Position numbers and translations under genes: made by a program. From the NCBI GenBank assembly GCA_002269645.1, contig NIVC01000195.1, forward strand, positions 186,001-250,000: 64,000 nt of DNA. Direction: 5' to 3'. Positions 22,599 to 33,760 of this stretch are shown piece after piece. Source of the stretch: Macrostomum lignano (Eukaryota). Position 1 is the first letter of the stretch. Each line of letters opens with the position of its first letter. The notes beneath the pieces are model-generated. The model saw nothing but the letters and a program-made list of their open reading frames with translations, was not told the DNA's origin and made no database searches.

Positions 22599-25500
22599 TC
22601 AGTCATCAGCCCGCAGAGTCCGGCCCCGGAAGTCCTCAGTGAGCGCCTGCCCGCACCTGAAGCTGACGGTGGCGCCGCTGGCTGCATTGAAGATCTCCAC
22701 CTGCAGCAAATTGAAATCGAAAAGTTTTTCCGTTTTTAGTTTCCATGGAGATTCGTATGACGCGATATGTCGAGTAGTTGATATTTTGCATTGCATAATA
22801 GAACTTAAGCAATAGCGGAACTCGAACCAACGTCAGTTTTGAGAAGCACAGAAAATGTCCTACTGCATCGGCATAAGCGACTTCCAAGCCCGCATTCTAC
22901 TACTGATTACAGCCTTGAGCCAGTAGTATAAAACTGGAGGCACAGCAGCAGGAAGATTAGCTGCTTATCTCGCTGGGCCCAGCGATAGCGGCGACTGGAG
23001 GTCAAACGGAATGGCTCAGTGCTGTTGAATAATTCCTGTTACCAATGCGAGCGCAGTTTGAATGCCACACAGTTTGCAGTCCGATTCCGTCTCAGAGATG
23101 CTAAAGTACAAAAATTGAACAACATTTTCCTCCAACACCATAAAACTCCGTCTGAGCAGGTGAGACAATGCGGCATTTTTGGGGGGACTCAGGGGTGCAG
23201 GCGATGAGGCTCTGGCAGGGAGGCTGGGGGACCGGAAGCTGGAGATCCCGAGCCAGCCCCCAGTGCCTGAGCTCGCTGAGCTGCTCTCTGCCGGACAAAT
23301 CCCCAGCCCGCAGCCTCTCCATTGTCCCCCAGTCTCCGGGCTTCATCCCCGGCCCCTCTCCCGCCGGGTGAGCAGGAAATTAATCCTCAATGGCTCGGCG
23401 CGCGGCCCGGAATCCGCTGTCAGGGCGATGCAAAAGTTGGAAACTTTTTTTGAGCTCTGGCCTCCTTCATCCCCTGCGCCTCCCAGCCAGCGAACAATGG
23501 AAGAGGAATTTGGGAGAATTCGCTATGAGGGGGGGGGAGTTGCGGCCAGCTGGGTGACTGAGCGGCTGCGGGGGCTGGCAGCAAACTGGGGCGTCACTCG
23601 ACAAAGCGGGCAGCTGTTTACCAACTGCAGCAGCTTTGAGTCAACACTGGCAGCCCGCACTGGTTATTAATAATACAGACAATTATGAAAGTCCGCCCTG
23701 CCACAGGTCCAGGCCAACACTCGATATGGCAGGCAGGAACGCAGCTAACAGGCGCTCCATCAACCAGCTGTCAGCTCAGCTTACCCTGTCCAGAATCCAG
23801 CTCCCTGATGAGGCGGCATCGGAGGCCTCCTTCTCGATTCCATCATCAGCGGCCTGGGCAGGACGGAAATTCTCCTCTGGGATTCGAACTCGCAGCCTCA
23901 GCAAGCGACCCAGCTCCGGAATGGAGAGGGGGAACTCGACAGTGCTGAAAAATGGCGGAGTTGCTGCAGTCTGGGTCTCCCCACCCCTTCCCGTGTCTCC
24001 CCACCCCTTCCCGTGTCTCCCCACCGCTTCCCGTGTCTCCCCACCCCTTCCCGTGTCTCCCCACCCCTTCCCGTGTCTCCCCACCCCTTCCCGTGTCTCC
24101 CCACCGCTTCCCGTGTCTCCCCACCCCTTCCCGTGTCTCCCCACCGCTTCCCGTGTCTCCCCACCGCTTCCCGTGTCTCCCCACCCCTTCCCGTGTCTCC
24201 CCACCCCTTCCCGTGTCTCCCCACCGCTTCCCGTGTCTCCCCACCCCTTCCCGTGTCTCCCCACCGCTTCCCGTGTCTCCCCACCCCTTCCCGTGTCTCC
24301 CCACCGCTTCCCGTGTCTCCCCACCCCTTCCCGTGTCTCCCCACCACTTCCCGTGTCTCCCCACCGCTTCCCGTGTCTCCCCACCCCTTCCCGTGTCTCC
24401 CCACCCCTTCCCGTGTCTCCCCACCCCTTTTCGTGTCCCTCCTATTCTGCCTTTTCCTCACCCAGTCTTCCCATCCATCTCCCAGTCTTCCCATTTCTCT
24501 CTCAGTCTTCCCATCCCTCTCTCAGTCTTTCTATCCCTCTCTCAGTCTTCCCATTTCTCCCAGCCCACCGCGAGTGCATCTCACCTTCCAGGCGCCAGCC
24601 GGGCCCCATGCTCTGAGCATTCAAAGCCCATCTCGCCTGACTGGCCTCGCTCGCCCACCAGGTTGACCCGAACTGACCCCGGCCAACTTGTGCCAGTTTC
24701 GGATTGCCCATCGGTAGTGGTCGCGGGTTCGACTCCTGCTGTAGCGGTAACGAAGCGCAGTTTGTAGGCAGCTGGAAGAAGGAGCAGGGGTTTGTGTGTT
24801 CCACTCGAGTTCATCACCATTAGCCCAGACTTCTCAGCCAGCCATCGCTCACCTCCTTCTGGATGCTCCAAACGCCCAGTCTCCGGAGCTCCATCCTGAG
24901 CATCGTCTCCAGGCTCAGCCTCCGCCCCTATAACATTTCAGGAAAGTGAAGCGCAGAAGAATGCAGGTTTTGTAGCAAAAAGCCAGTGAGAAAAAAGAGA
25001 GTTTCGAGATCCTCAGCTGCGGAAGGCGCTCCCCAGGAATCGCCCACTCCAACAAGAAACTCCCCAGCGGGGCTGGGATGTCGGCCCGCCGCCCCTCTGC
25101 CAGCGAGTGCAAATCGGGGCTCCGGCGGCCAGCGCGGGGACAAAAGGATGGAGGGGAAAAGCGGGGGGAGTCGCGACTGACTGGGATGGTAAACAGGGGA
25201 GGCTCTGAGGGGAAAAGTGGAGCAAAGGATTCAAGAAAACTCAGGTGAGATGGTTGAGACGGCAGTTTCCGTGAATGCACTGAAAGGAGAGGCGAGCGGG
25301 TTTGGCATGGGGATGCTTCAATGCCTTAATGCGATGGGATAGTGTTGCAGTGCGGTTGGCGCGGCCATAGGCCCCTCTAATGGGCAAATAAATTTGGGAT
25401 GGACTCAGAGGATTAAAGGCTGGGGAATACGAGTCACAAATAAACTGGGGCCGGGTAGCTATGGAGCTTGAGCACAGCAGATGGAATGCCTTAGAGGGAG

Positions 25501-28500
25501 ATACCTGAGTCATTCTGTGAGATGGAATCCCGTTTCTTTAAGTTGAAAGTGATACCGAATGATCCCGAATGATCCCGAATGATCCCGAATGATCCCGAAT
25601 GATCCCGAATAATCCCGAATGATCCCGAATGATCCCGAATGATTCCAAATGATTCCGAATGATCCCGAATGATCCCAAATGATCCCGAATGATCCCAAAT
25701 AATCCCGAATGATCCCGAATGATTCCGAATGATCCCCAATGATCCCGAATGATTCCGAATGATCCCGAATGATCCCGAATGATCCCGAATGATCCCGAAT
25801 GATCCCGAATGATCCCGAATGATCCCGAATGATCCCGAATAATTCCGAATGATCCCAAATGATCCAGAATAATCCAGAATGATCCCTAATGATTCCCAAT
25901 GATCCCGAATGATCCCAAATGATCGAGAATAATTCAGAATGACTTTTTTAATTCCAGAACGAAATTGAAACGCACTTTCACTCTCGTTAAGTTCCTCCTC
26001 TGGATCATCATCGCTGAGCAGTCCGTGGAGAACCTGATTTTATATAAAAAGCAGTTCAAAATGGCAGCTTGAACTTAATTCCAAACATTGCCAGCAAAAT
26101 GAGCACTTCAGAACAGCACCAGCCGACTCTCACCGTCCAGCTGCAGCACCGCCAAAGCTGCCGCGATGGCCTCCTCGAACTCCTGGTCGTCGTCCGACAG
26201 CTCAGTTGACTCGCCGTCTGAAATTGAAAATTGGCGAATTTTTGTCCAGACACTGGCAGCCATAAACAGCCGGCAAAATGCGGCCTACCACTCAGGGACT
26301 GAGCCGCTGGCGGCTTCTGTTGGATGCTGATGTGTACACTCGGCATCGACTCATCAAGCTGCTGTTGCTGTTTGTCTTGTTGTTGCTGTTCGTCTTGTTG
26401 TTGCTGTTTGTCTTGTTGTTGCTGTTGTTTGTCTTGTTGTTGCTGTTTGTCTTGTTGTTGCCGTTTGTCTTGTTGTTGCTGTTGTTTGTCTTGTTGTTGC
26501 TGTTTGTCTTGTTGCTGCTGTTTGTCTTGTTGTTGCTGTTGTTTGTCTTGTTGTTGCTGTTTGTCTTGTTGCTGCTGTTTGTCTTGTTGCTGCTGTTTGT
26601 CTTGTTGCTGTTTGTCTTGTTGCTGCTGTTTGTCTTGCTGTTGCTGTTTGTCTTGTTGCTGCTGTTTGTCTTGTTGTTGCTGTTGTTTGTCTTGTTGTTG
26701 CTGTTTGTCTTGTTGTTGCTGTTTGTCTTGTTGCTGCTGTTTGTCTTGTTGTTGTTTGTCTTGCTGTTGTTGCGGTTTGTTTTGCTCTTGCTGTTTGTCC
26801 TGTTGTTTGTCTTGTTGCAGTTGCTTTTGTTGTTGTTTCTGCCGCTTGTCCTGCTGCGGCGAGTTCTGCAGGGCCGCATGTCGGTTGTCGGCAGCGGATG
26901 ACCCCTTGGGATTATGGAGAGCGAGGCGGAGTGGCTGCAAAGCACTGCAACTCAGTCTGCATGTCACACACAAGCCAGAGCAGTGAGCCTGACCTACCTG
27001 ATCAATACCCGGCGACTCAGAGCGGCTGGGGCCGGAGGACGATGAGGCCGACTCTGTGGAGTTGAGGGAACAATAATCCAAGAGATATTTACGATTCACT
27101 TCCGTGATCCGGCATGAAGCAGCTGGCTTTGCCTCAATTCCAGCCGACATCGATTGCCAGGGCGCAACCGTCTCCTGTTTCACACCGGGGCAGATCGGCA
27201 CTTCTTTATTGCCGCACTGGCCCGGCGCTCTCGGAGCGGAAATTACCTATGCTAATTAGCTAATTAATGGCGGGAGACTCGCGCCTGCTGGCTTGCAGTC
27301 GGACTCAACTCGGAGCCAGCGCACTTTTTGTCATTCTTTAGGCTCCAGAGCCTCACTTCTCTCTCAGCGCATGCCTTAACCCTTACCTTAGCCCTAGAAT
27401 TCCTCAGCATCCCAGCCTTAGCCCTAAAGTTCCTCAGCATCCCAGCCTTAGCCCTAGAGTTCCTCAGCTGCCTTAGCCATAGAGTTCCTCAGCTGCCTTA
27501 GCCCTAGAATTCCTCAGCATCCCAGCCTTAGCCCTAGAGTTCCTCAGCATCCCAGCCTTAGCCCTAGAGTTCCTCAGCATCAATGCCTTAGCCCTAGAGT
27601 TCCTCAGCTGCCTTAGCCCTAGAATTCCTCAGCATCCCAGCCTTAGCCCTAGAGTTCCTCAGCTGCCTTAGCCCTAGAATTCCTCAGCATCCCAGCCTTA
27701 GCCCTAGAGTTCCTCAGCATCCCAGCCTTAACCCTAGAATTCCTCAGCATCCATGCCTTAGCCCTAGAATTCCTCAGCATCCATGCCTTAGCCCTAGAAT
27801 TCCTCAGCATCAATGCCTTAGCCCTAGAGTTCCTCAGCATCAATGCCTTAACCCTAGAATTCCTCAGCATCAATGCCTTAGCCCTAGAGTTCCTCAGCAT
27901 CAATGCCTTAGCCCTAGAGTTCCTCAGCATCAATGCCTTAGCCCTAGAATTCCTCAGCATCAATGCCTTAGCCCTAGAGTTCCTCAGCATCAATGCCTTA
28001 GCCCTAGAATTCCTCAGCATCAATGCCTTAGCCCTAGAGTTCCTCGGCATCAATGCCTTAGCCCTAGAGTTCCTCAGCATCAATGCCTTAGCCCTAGAAT
28101 TCCTCAGCATCCCAGCCTTAGCCCTAGAATTCCTCAGCATCCCAGCCTTAGCCCTAGAGTTCCTCAGCATCAATGCTCACCTGCCCCAGAGTTCCTCAGC
28201 AAGGCTGAAAGCCTAAACAATAGCATCGAGCTGCCGAATTTTCCCGAGGATGTTCGATTTTAACTACACAACGGCTAGCATCCAGGAAATTGAGAAAAAA
28301 GATTGAGGAACTAAAAGTTCTGCAACATTCTTTAGAGGCGCGTGTTGTTGCAAAGGCAACAGTCGAAGTACGGGAAGACGACTTCAGGCCTCACCAGGTC
28401 CCGGGCTCAGTTCATAAGTTTCCAGGCGCCAAGGCTCTCAGCAGATTTGGGAAGCACGCAAAAACAACAAAATCGGCACAGTTGCCACGCTGAGGAGCGG

Positions 28501-29810
28501 GAGATGAGGCGGGCGGGGGGAATTAGCGAGCTCCACTTGCAACGGCCGAGCAGCCGGTGCGGAGGCGAAGGCATTAGCTCACGGAGATCCCCACGACTGT
28601 CGAAGTGAATGAAAATTTTATGAGTCTGGCCGGGGGGTCTGCCGGCCAACAAGCCAGCGGCAGATGGCCTCCCCAGCATCCCTCAGCCTTCTCCATTTCT
28701 GTCCGCTCGCTCCACAGTCTGAGTCCCTTTTCTGAGTAGCTATGCACCAGGCGCTTATCTGCTTGGCCAGCTCAAATACTGCTTCTTGTTGCTGTGCGAG
28801 CTTCAGGATGTCTTTGGATGACCAGACTGCTCAGATCGATGGGTGAAAGGGAAGATGTCAATGACCTGAGTGCCAAGAATTGATACATGTAGGTGACAGG
28901 GAGTACTCAGATTGATGGGTGACAGGGAGTGCTCAGATTGATGAGTGACAGGCAGTGCTCAGATTGATGAGCGACAGGGAGTACTCAGATTGATGGTTGT
29001 CAGGGAGTGCTCAGATTGATGTGTGACAGGCAGTGCTCAGATTGATGAGTGTCAGGGAGTGCTCAGATTGATGAGTGTCAGGGAGTGCTCAGATTGATGA
29101 GTGTCAGGGAGTGCTCAGATTGATGAGTGTCGGGAGTGCTCAGATTGATGAGTGTCAGGGAGTGCTCAGATTGATGAGTGTCAGGGAGTGCTCAGATTGA
29201 TGTGTGACAGGCAGTGCTCAGATTGATGAGTGTCAGGGAGTGCTCAGATTGATGTGTGACAGGCAGTGCTCAGATTGATGGGTAACAGCTGGAGTGCTTA
29301 GATTGATGAGCGACAGGCAGTGCTCAGATTGATGGGTAACAGGGAGTGCTCAGATTGATGAGTGTCAGGGAGTGCTCAGATTGATGTGCGACAGTCAGTG
29401 CTCAGATTGATGGGTAACAGGGAGTGCTCAGATTGATGGGTAACAGGGAGTGCTCAGATTGATGGGTGACAAGGAGGGCGTGAATGATCCGAGAGCTCAG
29501 ACTGATAGGTCGAGCAGTAAAAGGTGAAAATGACTCTCAGACAGAGTCTCACCCCGAATCTTCTCAGTCTCCCAGAGATCTCTCTCCAGCTTGTCGGCTG
29601 CCACAGGCCGGCCGCGGCTGGCGTGGAACTGGGCGGCCTGGTGCAGCAGCTGCTCCACCAGCGCCTGCTTGGCAGCGGGGCGCATGGCTGAGGAGTTCCA
29701 AGCGGCGCCGCCCCAAGCAGCGGAAGGAGGGGGGCAGCGGCGGTTCTCGTGGATCGATCGAGCGCTCGGGGCTGTCGCGAGTGCGGGTCGATGATTGCCG
29801 CTCGACTTCG
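22599..29810 (-). CDS. PLAT/LH2-domain protein, C-terminal exon chain: 29810-29553, 27053-26998, 26904-26289 (Q/D/K repeat), 26217-26134, 24927-24853, 24771-24585, 23944-23785, 22700-22599
   Basis: The last three exons assemble a PLAT fold: AYKLRFVTA...SVRVNLVGERGQSGEMGF / STVEFPLSIPELGRLLRLRVRI...GSWILDR / VEIFNAASGATVSFRCGQAL. All junctions are GT-AG with consistent phases. The upstream low-complexity exons are less certain. Confidence 0.7.
23975..24428 (+). repeat. 20-bp minisatellite CCACC(C/G)CTTCCCGTGTCTCC, about 22 copies
   Basis: direct reading; intronic. Confidence 0.95.
25555..25940 (+). repeat. 10-bp minisatellite GATCCCGAAT
   Basis: direct reading. Confidence 0.93.
27375..28200 (+). 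repeat. 30-bp minisatellite GCCTTAGCCCTAGAGTTCCTCAGCATCAAT with shorter variants
   Basis: direct reading. Confidence 0.93.
28895..29470 (+). repeat. 26-bp minisatellite GAGTGCTCAGATTGATGAGTGTCAGG
   Basis: direct reading; shares GAGTGCTCAG with the 22315 array. Confidence 0.92.
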
Positions 29811-30089
29811 CTGATCAAGCCTGAGCGATTTCTGCCGCTAAGGCCGCCTTTTCAGGGCCAGTTTAGTGCGAGTTGGAGCCGCGGCCCGCTTTGATTGGCT
29901 AATCGGGCGGTGCAGCTAATGAGCCGGGGGGGGGCAGGGAGGCTGCCTGGAACGCCTCATCAACCTGCTACTCCTAATGTGCTGCTGCTCTCCCATCCAC
30001 ACTTTGCTCAATGCTGGGGCATCCCACTTGCTGCATAATTCACATTCAGGTTTTTGCATTCACTCGCCTCATATCTCACACTTGCTTCT

Positions 30090-30355
30090 CATACTCACTT
30101 CTGAGATCTCATATTCACTTCTGAGATCTCACACTCACTTCTGAGATCTGCCACTCACTTCTGAGATCTCATACTCACTTCTGAGATCTCACACTCACTT
30201 CTGAGATCTCACACTAACTTCTGAGATCTCACACTCACTTCTGAGATCTCACACTCACTTATGAGATCTCATATTCACTTCTGAGATCTCACACTCACTT
30301 CTGAGATCTCACATCCACTTCTGAGATCTCAAACTCAGATTTGAGATCTCACACT
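30090..30355 (+). repeat. 20-bp minisatellite TCACACTCACTTCTGAGATC
   Basis: direct reading. Confidence 0.92.
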
Positions 30356-31295
30356 GAATTCCAATGCGTGTCGAATTTCTTCAACTTATTGCCATTCTCT
30401 CCCAGTTAATTTTTAATCGCTGAAATAATCTCCAACCAGCTGTGGGTGCAGCCGCGCTCTGTCGAAGGCCCGAGCTGCCCTGTGACGCAGCACTCGCTCC
30501 CCCCCCCCCCCGGTCTCACTCAGCTTGCACAGCTGCTGCACTGAGTGAAAGCCATCTGCTCAGACAGAATGGAACAGTCGTTAAGGGTGAGCCTTGTGGG
30601 CAGTGAAAGAAGACTGGGAGGCTCGAATGCCCTTGTTCTTCTTCTGCTCGGCTCGGCTGGACGCAGCCTCCATCTTCCAGGCTCCATCAGCTAATTGCCT
30701 GTCGGGTGCACCTGCGTGCCCGGCAACAAAAATCTATTCTCCCATTCTGCCCTTCCCCGGGGGCGGGTCCGGTGGGGCCGCATCGACCCGCCTCGGCCTC
30801 TCGCAGTTCGCCGGGCCGCCACCCCCTCCGTCAAGGCCAGCAATCATCGAATTCCGAATTCCCAGCTGCCGAGCTGCTTCATCGCTTCTCAACCTTGCAT
30901 TCTCCCTTCTCTCTTATTCACACGTGGCTCAGTTTCCCCCGGGCTCTCGCGAATCAATGAGCTCACGGAGCGACGCCTGCTCGCGAAACAGGTTGACGGC
31001 TTGCAGCCTAATCCTGGCGATCCCCATGGGGATAATAGGTGATAGGGAGCAATTGTGCTCAGATTTCCAATTTGCACCGATGGCCAGGGGCTGAGCAAGT
31101 GCACTGAAAAGATTTCAAATCCCCAAGTCCATTGTCCAATCATTGCTGTCTGCGCGTGTTCTTTAGGTCTATCGACGATACGGCACGCCTAGTCAGTATC
31201 CATGACAACTATTCATTAATTTTAACCCATTTTTACACGAAGTTGTCACTACAGCCTACGAACTTTCGTACGATGTAATCAAAGAAAAACACCTG

Positions 31296-31309
31296 GTTAC
31301 CATGGCAAC
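31296..31309. promoter_or_regulatory. RFX X-box GTTACCATGGCAAC
   Basis: exact match to the palindromic X-box consensus; function inferred from the ciliary-type gene context. Confidence 0.55.
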
Positions 31310-31553
31310 CGATTGTCCATCATTAATGTGCAGGGGGACTCTGGGCACTGCCGACCCGGAGCCAGCGAGGAGGCCAACAGTCAGGCCGTTGAGCTGACCC
31401 TGAGCACTCTGGCATGCGCTCACGCAGGAAGTTACAGCGGCCCTGACTTCTCATCGTTGCCCCACAAGTTGAGTTCCATACACGAATACCAAGTAAATGT
31501 ACTTTAGCGTAATGAGAGTCAGGCGCGCTATCTCTGAGCAAGATGCGTCTTAG

Positions 31554-31567
31554 GTTGCTATGGCAAC
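31554..31567. promoter_or_regulatory. RFX X-box GTTGCTATGGCAAC
   Basis: close match to the X-box consensus, 258 bp from the first box. Confidence 0.55.
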
Positions 31568-31578
31568 AGATGACTCAC

Positions 31579-33760
31579 CAGCTCTGGCTGAATTGCCGGC
31601 AGCGGACCGAGTCCCGGCGGCCGGGGAGTCCGCGAAGATGGGGTCCAGGACCAGCGGCGGCGGCTGGTGGCGGCTCCGAGTGGCGGCGGCTGTTTGGCCT
31701 GCAGGAATTTTCCATTTCAAAATTTCAATAAAAATAGAAATTCTGCAGTTCAAACCAGCTAATGTCAAGCAAACTCAGCATTCGAAATGTACCTCGAGGA
31801 GTTGCAGGAAGCTGCTGCTGCTGCTGCTGGGACGGCCAGGGAGGGTGGTGGGGATGGCGCGGCTCGCTGCGCTCAGCGGCCGTGCCCTTGGCTAGACGGT
31901 CCGAGGTTCGAGTCCTCTGCTCGATTTGGCACCTGTTAAAGGGAAACGATTGCTGGTTGAAATGGTTCCGGACTTTTTTGGCAGTCTGGAGTCTGGCACA
32001 CTATGCAAACTGCCTGGAGCACTTAGGGAAGTCCAGCACACTGTAGAAGTCCAGCACACTCTAGAAGTCCAGCGCACTGTAGAAGTCCAGCACACTCTAG
32101 AAGTCCAGCACACTCTAGAAGTCCAGCACACTCTAGAAGTCCAGCACACTCTAGAAGTCCAGCACACTCTAGAAGTCCAGCACACTCTAGAAGTCCAGCA
32201 CACTCTAGAAGTCCAGCACACTCTAGAAGTCCAGCACACTCTAGAAGTCCAGCACACTCTAGAAGTCCAGCACACTCTAGAAGTCCAGCACACTCACTTG
32301 AAGCAGGGCGCAGCGTTGACGGCTCCTACAAAGCCGAAGTGGCCGGTCTGGGAGCCGAGCCGCGCCCCCGGGGTGTGCCGGAACTCGCAGCAGGTGCTCA
32401 GCCGCGAGTCCATAACGCCGCCGATGTACAATGACAGAGAGAATGGGAACCCGCGGTGGCGCCGGCTAACGAAAGTGAAATCCTCTGCAATTTTTCAAAG
32501 GAATCCGATGCAAAACGCAGCTTGCTACTTGCAGTAGACGAAATAGTCACGTGTTGAATTTTGCACTCTGACATGAAGCCTATTATGGCCCATTGTTTAG
32601 CTGAGGTCGGAGCGGGGGAAGTCGCCCACCCCCCTGACTGCCCCTCAGCTGCCCCAGCAATAGAAAAGCCGCAGCCCCAGCATCCCAGCAGCAGTGGCAA
32701 GTTGTCAGTGGCAACCAGAGAAGCCCTGTGCTCAGTTTTTCTACTTTCATCTGAGAGTTCATAAATCATTTTCTCTACTACATGCCGACTAAGCCGCTGA
32801 GGAGAGTCCCAAAAAAGTACGGAGCAGTTGACGGGGGTGGCAGCAGGTGGCTGTCGCTGTTTGCAGATGTGCGGCGGTCGGTGGCATTGAAATCATTTTT
32901 CAATTTGCTTCATTCTCTGTACTGAGTAATAAGCATGTTTTCACCAAAGCCATCTGCAGCATCTGCTCCTCTAAAGAGCACCCCCAATACCCAAGTAGCC
33001 TCAGTCTCTGAGATACCACTACGGAGGCTCAGGTCCTCAGCTACCCTTCTATGGAGCCTCAGGCCCTCAGATGCCCCACTATGGAGCTTCAGGCCATCGG
33101 ATGCCCCCTTTACGTAGCCCCAAAGTGCTTCAGAACCTCGGATACTTATCAGTGCTTCAGGACCTCAGATACCTCACAGTGCTTCAGGACCTCAGATACC
33201 CCTCAGTGCTTCAGGACCTCAGATACCCCACAGTGCTTCAGGACCTCAGATACCCCACAGTGCTGTAGGACCTCAGATACCCCACAGTGCCTCAGGACCT
33301 CAGATACCCCACAGTGCTGCAGGACCTCAGACACCCCACAGTGCCTCAGGACCTCAGATACCCTCCCACGAACAGCACCCGCCACCCCGCAGCCATAAGC
33401 CGGGTGCGCACCGTTGGGCTGCACGAAGCCGCTGAACACCCGCAGCGTGTTGCCTCCCGAGTGCTGCTGCATCACCGTCACCTGCTGCTCACGCGCCTCC
33501 TCGCCACCGCTGCCGAAGAAGCGCAGCGTCACCCGGCAGGGCGAGCCGGGCCTGCCGCTGGGCTGCTGGCTTTGCCTCTCGTCCCTGAAGTTGCGCCCGC
33601 CGCCGCTGAAGCCGTCGCTGGAGTCCAAGGAGGGCAGCGAGGCTGACGAGCTCGACGTGCCCTCGGACGCCGATGCGGCCGACCAGACTGGCCGGCGCGG
33701 ACCGCGCGGAGGCTGCTGCGGCGACTGCCTTCTGGAGCCCGGCTGGGGGATCAGGGACAC
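31579..33760 (-). CDS. ERICH3: ERICH3-like protein, DUF4590 domain; exons 33760-33412, 32484-32298, 31932-31793, 31698-31579; probable upstream exon ending 33831; start not resolved
   Basis: CRVTLRFFG...VTVMQQHSGGNTLRVFSG...EDFTFVSRRHRGFPFSLSLYIGGVMDSRLSTCCEFRH...RLGSQTGHFGFV...PCFKCQI matches the ERICH3 conserved block as I recall it (VYQQHCGG...FISKRHHGFPFSLTFFLNG...RLSSCCEYKH); phases are consistent. Confidence 0.8.
32027..32295 (+). repeat. 18-bp minisatellite GAAGTCCAGCACACTCTA, starting at the donor of the minus-strand exon
   Basis: direct reading. Confidence 0.94.
33130..33362 (+). repeat. 27-bp minisatellite TCAGGACCTCAGATACCCCACAGTGCT
   Basis: direct reading. Confidence 0.9.

Noticed and set aside
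24700-24750. GGTTCGACTCC B-box / T-arm match (a similar one at 31905)
   Set aside because: Both lie antisense within coding exons and lack a cloverleaf; coincidental
25975-26035. Candidate acidic minus-strand exon (VLHGLLSDDDPEEELNESE), and other candidates at about 28750-28830, 30600-30700, 34070-34290 and 34450-34620
   Set aside because: They look coding, but I could not place them in the phase-consistent chain with confidence, so they were left out of the models
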